A stretch of 64,000 nucleotides of DNA from NCBI GenBank assembly GCA_963751345.1, contig CAVVUS010000013.1:64001-128000 (forward strand), given 5' to 3'. Source of the stretch: an uncultured Chloroflexia bacterium. GTDB taxonomy: Bacteria; Chloroflexota; Anaerolineae; B4-G1; SLSP01. Below the pieces are notes generated by a model that saw only the letters and a program-made list of their open reading frames with translations, had not been told where the DNA came from and did no database searches. The position numbers and the translations under genes are program-made. Positions 1 through 10,062 of this stretch are shown here, one piece after another (positions within the stretch are counted from its first letter, which is position 1; each line of letters starts with the position of its first letter).

Positions 1-1389
1 CCTGGATACGGCCCTGCATCTCCTGGAAGACGCGGATGATGGCCTCGTCCTCGGCTCTCCATCGCCTTGAGCTCCAGCATCGCGCTGATGACGCTCATGT
101 TATTCTTTGTGCGATGGTAGAGTTCGCGCAGCAGCACCTCGCGCTCGGCCAGCGCCTCACGCAGTTGGGTATCCATCTCGTGGTGCTCGGTCACGTCATG
201 GAATTGAGCAGCAAACTGCTCAGGCCGCGTGCGATAGGCCACGACCTGGAAGTACCGGCCGAGTTCGCTCGAGTAGTCCTCGAAGGACTGCGGCTCGCCG
301 CTATCGACGACCTTGCCGTAACGATCGATCCAATACGCCTCTATGTCGGGCATGACCTGCCGGACCGACCGGCCGATGATGTCGTCGGCGCGGAGACCCG
401 TGAGGCGCTCGAATGCAGGATTGACCTCCAGGAAACGATAGTCCACGGGAGCGCCCTGGGCATCGCGGATGATCTCGTGGACCGCAAAGCCGTTGATCAT
501 CTCACGAAAGAGCATCCGATAGTGGGTCTCACTCTCCCGAAGCTGCGCGTTGGCGTCGGCAAGCTCCCGCGTGCGCTCGGCAACCCGCTGCGCCAGGTCG
601 GTCCGTGACTCCAAAAGCATGTGATAGGGCTGGCGAAGATAGGCCTCAATCAGGGCGCTGTAGATCGCCACAAAGGCCACGATCTTGAGAATGTGCCCCA
701 CAAAGTTCGAGAATCCATAGACGTCGACGTAGAAGATGAACGCCAGCTCGGATAGGATGGTGCGAAATGAACGAGACCATCAGCCAACGGTACACAGTGC
801 GCGGGAAGTCAGCCCGGTGCCACCACAACGTCGCTGCAGCGACCAGCAACAACAACGCAATCACCACTTCGGCGATCTTCTTAAAGGGCGTGAGACCGAC
901 GCCCTCGACGTAACAAACCGGGAAAATCTGCCACCAGACGATGGAGGCGACGAGCAGCACGGTGATCGAGGAGATAGACCGACATAGTCAGGGCGATGTT
1001 AAGGCGTCGTTTCAGAAAGATGGAGGCAACGACCAACATGATCGCCTCAAGTCCGCGGGCCGCGATCCAGAGCTGCGTCGCGACGTTCGACCCGGTGAAC
1101 GGCATTATGCCCATGCCCCGATAGGCCAGCGTATGGATCAGATCGATCACCGCGATGAAAGGGAAGCCGATACCGATCAGGAGCAGGTAATCGTGGGCCA
1201 TCAGCCGGCGGGCATTCCAGAAGACTGTGAAAGCCGCAAACGCGACGGCGATGCTGAAGATCTCGGCGACACTGTGGAAGAGCAGGTAGTCAAGGGTACT
1301 TACCACATAGAGCGCGGCGGCAAGAAGCAGCCCGCCGCGAGCGAGATGTAGGCTACGTTCTTCCTGGTGACAAGCCCCTGCAGACTCAT
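1..1389 (-). CDS. MASE3-PAS-HisKA_2 (HWE-like) sensor histidine kinase; frameshifted, 3' end beyond window
   Basis: ORF 881-1540 has MASE3 signature YLLFHSVAEIFSI...IDLIHTLAYRGMG...NVATQLWIAAR, continued in 646-960. Minus strand near 90-150 reads LAEREVLLRELYHRTKNNMSVISAML (HisKA_2 H-box). AGGAGG precedes ATG at 1389. Confidence 0.8.
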
Positions 1390-1546
1390 CCAACCTCCTG
1401 GCACAGAGTGATTCAGACGAGCCGACAAGCCTGTCACGTCCCATTCGGGCATCCCTCCGGTCAGCGCTCCACAGGCCCCATCTCCGACCGCTGATTGACA
1501 CTCCCATCGCCCATCTTGACGTCGATGGCTCACGTGTCATCAGCCC

Positions 1547-1561
1547 ATTCTATGGTAGAAT
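1547..1561. promoter_or_regulatory. Back-to-back -10 boxes (ATTCTA-TGG-TAGAAT) of divergent promoters
   Basis: TAGAAT on both strands between the divergent kinase and response-regulator genes; the plus-strand copy is an extended TGnTAGAAT. Confidence 0.5.
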
Positions 1562-1639
1562 ACTATATCATGATTCTTGGAAAGCCACACACTTGCGTAA
1601 GCGTAGGGAATGCATATCCTTCCGAGGAGTCACTGTGAA

Positions 1640-1996
1640 ATGACCAAGATACTTGTCGCCGACGACGACACAGTGATGCTCGGGCTGTTGACCACACTGA
1701 TGGAGTTGGAGGGCAACAAGATCGCCACGGTCACGCGGCCGGGAGAGATCATTCCCGCGGTGGAACGGGAGCAGCCGGATCTGATCCTGATGGATTACCA
1801 TCTGGCCGGCGGAGACGTGCTGGAGACCTTGATCGATCTCAAGTCGCGCGAGGACTTGGGGAAGATCCCGGTGCTCGTCGCGTCGGGGATGGATCGCGAA
1901 ACGGCGTGTCTCCGTGCTGGGGCCAACGGTTTCATATTGAAGCCCTTCCGCCCGGCACAGCTCCTTGAGCGCATGCGGGAGATGCTCGCGACGTAG
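1640..1996 (+). CDS. Single-domain response regulator (REC)
   Basis: KILVADDD, PDLILMD, ASG, FILKPF motifs; GAGGAG upstream. Confidence 0.92.
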   Translation: MTKILVADDDTVMLGLLTTLMELEGNKIATVTRPGEIIPAVEREQPDLILMDYHLAGGDVLETLIDLKSREDLGKIPVLVASGMDRETACLRAGANGFILKPFRPAQLLERMREMLAT

Positions 1997-2046
1997 CAAC
2001 TATTGGAACCCATTGTGCTGTTTGTATTGGAGGATTGTAGAGTGTA

Positions 2047-3790
2047 ATGGCAAGACGACGAAGGAAAAAGCCGCAGACGAAAGAAGAATGGTACACGATG
2101 GACCTGCACGTGCATACCCCGGCATCTGCAGACTATCAACAGGAAGGCACCACGTTCCTTGAGGTGCTGCGCGAGGCCGAGCGCAAGGGGGTCGATATCC
2201 TGGCCTTCACCGACCACAACACGGTAGCGGGATATCGGACAATGAACGATGAGATCGAGAATCTCGAGTTGCTTGAGCGGCTGGGGAGGCTCACGAACGT
2301 CGAGAAGCAAACCCTACAGGAGTATCGGCGTCTGCTGGAGCGGGTGCTCCTTCTGCGGGGCTTCGAGTTCACCGCCACGTTCGGGTTCCACATCATCGGG
2401 ATCTTCGATTCCGAGATACCTCTGCGAGATCTGGAGTTTCTACTGCTGAAGCTGCACATCCCCGCGGATCGTCTGGACGAAGGCGCCACGGATGTGGGCG
2501 CGACCGCCGACGTATTGACCGCCTACCAGCTTATTGCGCAGGCCGGCGGCATTGTCATCGCAGCACATGCCAACTCCTCGAACGGTGTGGCCCTGCACGG
2601 GATGCAGTTTGGGGGGCAGACGCGCATCGCCTTCACCCAGGACGAGAATCTGCACGCCCTGGAGGTGACCGACCTCGAGAAGACAGGGCGGAAGACGACC
2701 GCGCGCTTTTTCGATGGGTCCAAGCCCGAGTATCCCCGCAGGATGCGCTGTATTCAGGCCTCCGACGCACATCGCCTCACCCGCCAGTCGGATCGTACGC
2801 GCAACCCCGGCATTGGTGATCGAATGACGGAGGTGCTGCTCAGCGACCGCAGCTTCGAGGCGCTGCAGGAGGTCCTCCTCGGAGAGGATTTCGCCCGCAC
2901 GCGGCCCTACCGTCGGCAGGCGACGCCCGTGGATTACGTCCAGGCAGCTCGGGAGGAAGGGCCAAACATCGTGCAGGAGTTCCACGAGCGCTACAGCAGC
3001 CGTGGTGGCTACCGGGACGCGATCATCGCCGATATCTGCGCTTTCGCGAACACCAACGGGGGCACCCTTTACATCGGCGTTCCCCAGGATGCCAAGAAGC
3101 CGCCCACAGGCGTGGGCGCCTCCCCCACCCGCGTCGTCAACCTCTTCCAGCAGGAGGTCCAGGAGCGGGTTACCCCGGAGCTTCAGATCACGGCGGACAT
3201 CCAGGAAACACAGGGCATCAAGGTGGTGCGGATCGTCGTGCCCAGGGGGCAGAAGCCCCCCTACGCGATGGATGAGAGCGATATCTTTATCCGGAGCGAG
3301 GCCGAGACCACCGTGGCGGTTCGGGATGAGATCGTCGAGCTGACACGGCGGGGCCTTGGCAAGGGGTCTCCCACGATGCAGATGGAGCCGAGATCCCACT
3401 GTGGAAACGAAGCAGGATGATCAAGAGACCGTCAGCAACCCCTCGCTGGACCCGCCGCGCACCGGCGTTGAGATCGCCGAGACCGTCGATAGGAATAACA
3501 CGTGCTACTACACGATGCGCGATCTGCGCAACGGCAGTCTTGTGAACAATGTGACCAAGCGGTCGGCGCGTCACCTGTGGCGCTACGCCATTGAGGAGGC
3601 CGAGGACAACCCGGTCGATCCGGCCCAGGTTCGGTGGTTGGACGATATCGGGGTCTGGAAACAGCGCGAGTACCGTGGCCGGGTGCGGTGGGACCTTGTG
3701 CAGCGGGATGGCGACGACCTCCGGGTCTTCTACGGGGTCACCGAAGAGGGTATCCACGACAAGTGGACCGCGCTCGTGGGAGAGGAGTAG
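2047..3790 (+). CDS. PHP phosphoesterase + Schlafen/AlbA_2 domain + C-terminal domain fusion; frameshift near 3400
   Basis: PHP motifs DLHVHTP, FTDHN, AAHAN, SDAH. AlbA_2 motif QEFHE...ADICAFANTNGGTLYIGV. Tail continues in ORF 3356-3790. Confidence 0.85.
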
Positions 3791-3795
3791 CGACG

Positions 3796-4329
3796 ATGTC
3801 GGAAGACAAAATGAGGGTCGCCATCCTGACGGTGAGCGACCGGGCGGCAGCAGGCACCTACGAGGACCGCAGCGGGCCGGCCCTGGCCAACCTGATGAAG
3901 GAGGCGCTTCGAGCCGAGATCGTGGAGACGGCGATCGTGCCGGACGAACGCAGCGAGATCGCGGAGCGGCTAAGGCAGTGGGTCGATACGGACGATGTGG
4001 ACCTCATCCTGACGACGGGTGGCACGGGCTTTGCCCCGCGTGACGTGACGCCGGAGGCCACGGCGGACGTGGTCGAGCGCCTCGCGCCGGGCCTCGCCGA
4101 GGTGATGCGAGCGGCCTCGCTCCAGGTCACACCCTATGCCATGCTCTCGCGCGCGATAGCGGGCATCCGTGGGCGGACCCTGATCATCAACCTGCCTGGA
4201 AGCCCCAAGGGCGCGGTGGAAAACCTGCGCGCCGTGCTCTCGGTGCTGCATCATGCAATTGCCTTGCTGCGCGAGGAGCCATCGGATCGGGCACTCCACA
4301 GCTTTCGCTTCGTTCAACGCGAAGCCTGA
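3796..4329 (+). CDS. mog: MogA/MoaB molybdopterin adenylyltransferase
   Basis: ILTVSD, DRSGP, TTGGTGFAPRDVTPEAT, NLPGSP motifs. Confidence 0.92.
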   Translation: MSEDKMRVAILTVSDRAAAGTYEDRSGPALANLMKEALRAEIVETAIVPDERSEIAERLRQWVDTDDVDLILTTGGTGFAPRDVTPEATADVVERLAPGLAEVMRAASLQVTPYAMLSRAIAGIRGRTLIINLPGSPKGAVENLRAVLSVLHHAIALLREEPSDRALHSFRFVQREA

Positions 4330-4340
4330 TAGGAGTGACC

Positions 4341-5994
4341 ATGCGACTGCTTACCGTATCCGAGATGCGGGAGGTGGAGACCGCGGCTGACGCGGCGGGG
4401 CAGAGCTACGCCGAGATGATGGCCCTTGCCGGGGCCGGCGTGGCGCGGGCGATTGTCGCACACGAGCCCATCGCCGGTCGGCACGCGCTCGTGTTGGTGG
4501 GCCCGGGCAACAACGGAGGCGATGGCCTGGTAGCTGCGGGACACCTGCAGGAAAGCGGGGCCGACGTCACGGCGTATCTGGCCAAGACGCGCGACCCCGG
4601 AGGAAGATGAGGTCTTCAGGGCTGCCCAGGATGCCGGCGTGGTCGTCGTGGATGCCGTGGACGATAGCGACGGCGCGCGCCTGCGTGACCTCGTCGCCGG
4701 AGCCGACGTGATCGTCGACGCGCTGCTCGGCACAGGGGCAACGCCCCCGCTCCGGGGCACCATCGCCACGATCCTAGAGACGGTCAACGAGGTCCTCTCG
4801 CTGCCCGAGCCTCACCCCCTGGCGCCCGTCCGCCGTGCGCCCGAGCCCCAAGCCCATCACCCGCTCGTGGTCGCCGTCGACGGCCCCTCCGGCCTCGACT
4901 TCGACACCGGTGAGGTGGATTCGATGACGTTGAGCGCCGATCTCACCGTGACTTTCGCAGCGCCCAAGTGGGGCCACGTGCGCCTGCCCGGTGCTGCCCG
5001 AATCGGTGAGCTGGTAGTAGCGGATATCGGCATTCCCAACCAGGTTGAGATCCCCGCGGGGCCCGAGCTCGCGACCCCGGACCTGATCCGGTCGTGGCTC
5101 CCCAAGCGCCCGATGGGATCCCACAAAGGGACCTTCGGCAAGGCGATGATTATCGCGGGCTCAGCAAACTACACGGGTGCCGCGATCCTCTCGTCGACGG
5201 CTGCCGTCCGCGCCGGCACGGGCCTCGTGACGCTCGCCCTGCCCAACCCGCTCCACGCAGCCGTCGTCTCGGCTATTCCTGAGGTGACCTACGTGTTGCT
5301 GCCCCACGCGATGGGCGTGGTCGACGAGTACGCGGTGCCCGTGGTATTGGAGAACGTCGAGGGGTATGACGCGCTCCTGGTGGGGCCCGGTATGGGCAAC
5401 ACGGACGAGTCGCGCGACTTCCTCAGGTCGCTGCTGCGGCCCCGAAGTGGCAAGCGGTCGACGGGATTTCTCCACCCCGAGTCCGATGCCGAGCCCGAGG
5501 CGCTGCGATCACTGCCGCCGTTGGTCGTCGATGCGGACGGACTCAATATCCTCAGCGAGACGGATAGCTGGCCCAAGCTGCTTCCCGAGGGCACCGTGCT
5601 CACGCCCCATCCGGGCGAGATGTCGCGGCTGACGGGGCTGAGCATTGGCGAGATCCAGGCCAATCGCCTGGAGATCGCGCAGACGTGGGCTAACACGTGG
5701 CAGCAGGTGGTGGTCCTGAAAGGGGCCTTCACCATCGTCGCGGGACCCGGCAGGCAGCCGGTGGTGCTGCCCTTTGCCAACCCGGGGCTCAGCTCAGCGG
5801 GAACCGGCGACGTCCTGGCGGGCACGATTGTCGGGCTGCGCGCACAGGGCGTGGCCCCCTTCGAGGCCGCCGTGGCGGGCGCCTTCCTGCATGGGCTTGC
5901 CGGCGAGATCGCGACCGAGCGGCTGGGAGCCGCGGGCACCGCTGCGGGCGACGTCGCCCAGGCACTGGCCGAAGCCGGGCGGCGCCTGGCATAA
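4341..5994 (+). CDS. nnr: Bifunctional NAD(P)H-hydrate epimerase/dehydratase (YjeF); frameshift near 4600
   Basis: GPGNNGGDG, VDALLGTG, AVDGPSG, HKGTFG, VVDADGL, LTPHPGE, AGTGDVLAG. Confidence 0.93.
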
Positions 5995-6003
5995 CGAGGA
6001 AAA

Positions 6004-6038
6004 AACCTTGCGAAGGTTTCGGGAACCTTCGCAAGGTT
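6004..6038. repeat. REP-like palindrome AACCTTGCGAAGGTT/AACCTTCGCAAGGTT; possible bidirectional terminator
   Basis: 15-bp inverted repeat between convergent nnr and fprA; related copy at 23016-23049. Confidence 0.75.
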
Positions 6039-6047
6039 GGCCGGCGA

Positions 6048-7244
6048 CTACTCCTTCAGGCTCATCGCGAAGCGGTAGCCCAGATCCTCGCCGCGTTCGA
6101 GCTTCTCGTGGGTAGCACCACCCGGGAACTCCCACTGCTCGAAGAGGTCCCACTTCAGCCCCTCGGCGAGCTTGGCAATCTCCTTGGCGGCCCCCCCACT
6201 CCATCCGAAGCTGCCGAAATAGGCCAGCTTGCGGTTCTGGATGCGTTTGCGGGCGGCGATATCCAAGACGTGCGCCATCGGCGGGAAGAGCTCGGCCTCG
6301 TACGTCGGCGCCCCGACCAGCACCCCGCTGCGCACGTAGAGTGACGAGAGGATGTAGCTGGCGTGGATGTGGCGTACGTCGAAGATCTCCAGGGGCACGC
6401 CCGCCCGCGTCACACCGGCTGCCACCGAATCGACCATCTGCTCGGTGTTCCCGTACATCGTCCCGTAGAGCAGGGTCACACCGACCTCGGGACCTTCAAG
6501 CGCGTAGTTCGCCCACTTCCGGTAGAGCTCCACGATGCGTCCGGGGTCGCTGCGCCAGATCAGCCCGTGGGAGGGGGCGATCACGTCGATGGGCACGTCC
6601 TTGAACTTGTCGATGGCACGGACCACCGGGCGGGCGTAGATGGCGATGATGTTGGCGTAGTAGCGCAGCGCCTGTTCCTCATAGTACGCTTTGTCCTTGC
6701 ACTCGTCGTCGAAGACGACGCCCTGGAGCGCGCCATACCCGCCAAAGGCATCGCACGAGAAAAGCACCTTCTGCGTCATCTCGTACGTCATCATCGTCTC
6801 GGGCCAGTGGACCATCGGGGTGATGTGGAACTGGAGTTTGTGCGTCCCCAGGTCGATGGTATCGCCCTCATCGACGATCTGCACGCCCTCGTCGATCTGG
6901 AAGAAGTTGGAGAGCAGCGGTGCCGCCCGCTTGGTGCACACGATCGTCGCCTTCGGCGCGATCCGGCGCAGCGAGCGTATCACCCCCGTGTGGTCGGGCT
7001 CCATGTGGTTGATAACAATGTAATCGATAGCGGCAGGATCCACGACCTCCGCGATCTGGTCGATCAGCGCGCTGCTCTTGAAATCCTTGGCCAGGTCGAT
7101 CAGCGCGTTCTTCTCGCCCTTCACCACGTAGGAGTTGTACGAAATCCCCTCGCTGGTGATGGGCCAGAGTCCCTCGAAGAGATCGGTGGTGCGATCGTTC
7201 ACGCCGATCCAATGGATGCCGGGCTTGACCTCAATTGCTGTCAT
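6048..7244 (-). CDS. fprA: FprA-type flavodiiron protein (metallo-beta-lactamase + flavodoxin)
   Basis: SYNSY, NHMEPDH, HWPETM, SCDAFG, APSHG, YGTMYGNT, GSFGWSGG. Confidence 0.95.
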   Translation of the reverse strand: MTAIEVKPGIHWIGVNDRTTDLFEGLWPITSEGISYNSYVVKGEKNALIDLAKDFKSSALIDQIAEVVDPAAIDYIVINHMEPDHTGVIRSLRRIAPKATIVCTKRAAPLLSNFFQIDEGVQIVDEGDTIDLGTHKLQFHITPMVHWPETMMTYEMTQKVLFSCDAFGGYGALQGVVFDDECKDKAYYEEQALRYYANIIAIYARPVVRAIDKFKDVPIDVIAPSHGLIWRSDPGRIVELYRKWANYALEGPEVGVTLLYGTMYGNTEQMVDSVAAGVTRAGVPLEIFDVRHIHASYILSSLYVRSGVLVGAPTYEAELFPPMAHVLDIAARKRIQNRKLAYFGSFGWSGGAAKEIAKLAEGLKWDLFEQWEFPGGATHEKLERGEDLGYRFAMSLKE

Positions 7245-7262
7245 GCATACCCTCCTGTGAAG

Positions 7263-7326
7263 AACGTTAGCGCGTTGACGCGTCTGAACGTATCAACGTG
7301 CTAACGTTCCAACGTGTCAACGTGCC
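7263..7326. repeat. Degenerate 8-mer tandem array (AACGTnnn x8)
   Basis: aacgttag cgcgttga cgcgtctg aacgtatc aacgtgct aacgttcc aacgtgtc aacgtgcc. Confidence 0.7.
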
Positions 7327-7329
7327 CTC

Positions 7330-7767
7330 TCAATGATTTGGCGATATCGTGAGGACGACGATCCCCGCGACCGTAAGCGCCATCCCCAACGCCAACTGCC
7401 ACGTCAGCCGCTCGGTCCGAAAGATGACCCCCGTGAGCGCGCTGAAGAGCGGCGAGGTGAATGCGATGGGCATCACCTGCGTCAGCGAACTCGCGCCGCG
7501 AAGCGCGGCATAGAACGAAAGCATGCCGACGGACCCGGCCACGATGCCGCCCCCGATGACCATCATCAGCAGGGCACTGGGGCCGGCCTCGGGGATCGAC
7601 TTCCACTGTGGAAAACTGACCGCGCCGAGGATGAGAAAGGCGACAGCGGTACGGATCGTGATGCCGACCTGTGGCGAGAGGTTCCCGAGGGTCAGGCCAC
7701 GCTTCTCGAAGTATCCTCCTACGCCCCACGCAATTGCCGTGATCAGTGCGAATACTTGAGGTTTCAT
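7330..7767 (-). CDS. EamA/DMT family small transporter
   Basis: 145 aa, about 5 hydrophobic helices, AWGVGGYFEKRG start, V.PIAFTSPLF motif. Confidence 0.85.
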   Translation of the reverse strand: MKPQVFALITAIAWGVGGYFEKRGLTLGNLSPQVGITIRTAVAFLILGAVSFPQWKSIPEAGPSALLMMVIGGGIVAGSVGMLSFYAALRGASSLTQVMPIAFTSPLFSALTGVIFRTERLTWQLALGMALTVAGIVVLTISPNH

Positions 7768-7872
7768 TCCAGGCCTCCATAGATCCGGTGCCGGACGCCC
7801 TCACCGACAGGATCCGCGTTAGGCGAGCCTGTACGCGACGCCCGGCACCCGTTGAAGTCGTTGAATCGCCGT

Positions 7873-8475
7873 CTAGTTGGTCAGCGTCCAGGTCAGGTCC
7901 GACGTAAGGTCGGCGCCCTGCTCCTCGCTCAGCGAATTGCCGTCGCAGTCTGCCACCTGCAGGTCGTAGGTGCCGCTCGTCACATAGAAGATCCGCGTCG
8001 AACCTGGCTGCAGGCTCTCCTTCGAGCCCATCCAGTCATCTCCCCATTGGTCGCTGGTGGACGGGGAAATATAGACGTAGCAGACCTCCGTGCTCGATCC
8101 GTTGTCGATCAGCAGTCGGATATCGGCGCCGGTGGTGCCGACATCGACCGTCGTGTCGTTGGACACATCCCACGCCGTCGCCATCGTAGCCTCATCGCAT
8201 TTCTCGACGAGCACGTCGTAGGTGTCTTGACCCATATTGAAGGTCTTGCTGGCCCCGGCTGCGATCGTGTCCTGCCCACCGAGCTGGTCGTCGCCCCAGG
8301 TATCCTGTGAAGTGGGCGAGATGAAAACGTAGCATATCTCGTCAGGCGTGTGGTTGGCGACCTTGACGTCAACCCCGCTCGTCGAGGATCCCCCACCACC
8401 GAGAGAAATGCTGCCACAGCCAAGCGCCGTCACCAACAGCGCAACCGCCAACCAGGTCAGTACAGAGCGTTTCAT
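7873..8475 (-). CDS. Lipoprotein with two tandem small beta domains
   Basis: Lipobox ALGC. Two repeats of I/VCYVxISPxxxDxWGDDxxG...YDxxVxxC. AGGAGG before ATG 8475. Confidence 0.8.
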   Translation of the reverse strand: MKRSVLTWLAVALLVTALGCGSISLGGGGSSTSGVDVKVANHTPDEICYVFISPTSQDTWGDDQLGGQDTIAAGASKTFNMGQDTYDVLVEKCDEATMATAWDVSNDTTVDVGTTGADIRLLIDNGSSTEVCYVYISPSTSDQWGDDWMGSKESLQPGSTRIFYVTSGTYDLQVADCDGNSLSEEQGADLTSDLTWTLTN

Positions 8476-8606
8476 CCCCATCCTCCTATTCATCGATCCG
8501 GCCTACTGTGGAAGCGCCGGCAATATCACAGAACGCCCGGCGTGGCGACCATTATACTGGATGCCCGCAGGGCACACAAGACCACGGAGACCCGCGCAAT
8601 GATCTC

Positions 8607-8691
8607 AGTGCCGGGGACTTTCCGCAGTCCCCGGCACTTTCTCCAGTCCCTGGCACTTTCCGCAGTGCCTGGGACTTTCTGCAGAGTCCCC
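8607..8691. repeat. Cluster of REP-like palindromes AGTGCCGGGGACT/AGTCCCCGGCACT
   Basis: Several hairpin arms in an intergenic region; near-identical hairpin at 45472-45503. Confidence 0.75.
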
Positions 8692-8788
8692 CTCGTATCG
8701 GAGCGCCAATCTCGCGCCGGATGCCCCGGGCGCACCTCGCACGACGCCCAAGATAGCGTATCGGGCGGGGCCGGGTAGAATGGCCGGT

Positions 8789-9969
8789 ATGCGAATCGCG
8801 ATGATCACCGGGGAATACCCGCCGATGGAAGGCGGCGTGGGCGCCTACACCCATCAACTGGCGACGGCGCTCGCCACCGCAGGCCACACCATCGACGTGT
8901 TGACGTCGCCCGCCAAAGGTGGCCGCACGGACGTTGTCCGGGAGGGCGCCGTCACGGTCCACCGGTGCATCACGAGGTGGGGTCTCCAGGGGATCCTCCG
9001 GACCCGGCGCTGGATCAGGCGTCTGTCACCTGACGTCGTGAACGTGCAATACGAGCCTGCCGCCTACGAGATGCGCGCGGGCATCACCTTCGCCCGCGCG
9101 CTCGCGAGCACTCAGGGCGGCGCCCCCCTTGTCGTCACCTTCCACGACCTGCTGCCGCCCTACCTCTTCCCCAAGGCCGGGCCCTTGCGGCAGTGGCGCG
9201 TCTGGCAGTTAGCGCACGGCGCAGACGGCATCGTCGTGACAAACCGTGAGGATCTGGCGCGGCTGGGCCGGGCGCTACACGATACCCCGCCCCCCACCCG
9301 CCTCATCCCTATCGGGAGCAACATCTCCGCCTCGCCCCCGTCCGGGTACGACCGGGCGGCATGGCGTGCGCGATACGGCTATGGGCCCGATGATCTCATC
9401 GTCGGCTTCTTCGGATTTCTGAACCGCACCAAGGGCATCGAGACGCTGCTGGAGGCGCTGGCCATCCTGAACGCAGGAACCCGTCCGGCCCATCTGCTGC
9501 TGATCGGTGGGCGCACCGGCACGAGCGACGTGACGAATGCCGCCTACGCGGATGAGGTCGACGCGTTGATCGAGGCGCTTGGACTGAGCTCACGCGTGCA
9601 CCGCACGGGCTTCGCTGAGGCGACCGACGTCTCCGCCGCCCTGCTCGGCGTCGACATCTGCGCGCTGCCCTATCGCGAGGGTGCCAACCTGCGCCACGGC
9701 ACCCTGCACGCCGCGCTGGCCCACGGATGTGCCACCGTGACCACGGCTGCCGCCGACCCGGCGCCCGAGCTGCGCGATGGGGAGAACGTCGTCGTCGTCC
9801 CGCCCGGCAATGCCGTGGCGCTGGCGGACGCTATCCTGAGGGTAGCGAAGACCCGGTGCTGCGGCAGCGAATCGGCGACGGGGCCTCTGCGCTCGCGGCC
9901 AGGTACACGTGGCCGCGGATCGCCTCGGACACCGCGGCGTTCTTCGAGGAGCTGCGCCCCGCGGGGTGA
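8789..9969 (+). CDS. Glycosyltransferase family 4; frameshift near 9850
   Basis: MRIAMITGEYPPMEGGVG, VVTFHDL, FFGFLNRTKG, LPYREG, DGENVVVVPPG, ARYTWPRIA end. Confidence 0.9.
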
Positions 9970-10062
9970 GTTCCCCACGGGCGTCCTCCCCCCTGTCACT
10001 CGCGGGCTCGGGAAACTGGCAAGAGCAGAGAGAATCTGCACGCGCCGTGGTAGAATAGGCCT

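Noticed and set aside
1390-1540. Leaderless start of the MASE3 kinase at 1540
   Set aside because: The extension is not protein-like and an AGGAGG-ATG start exists at 1389.
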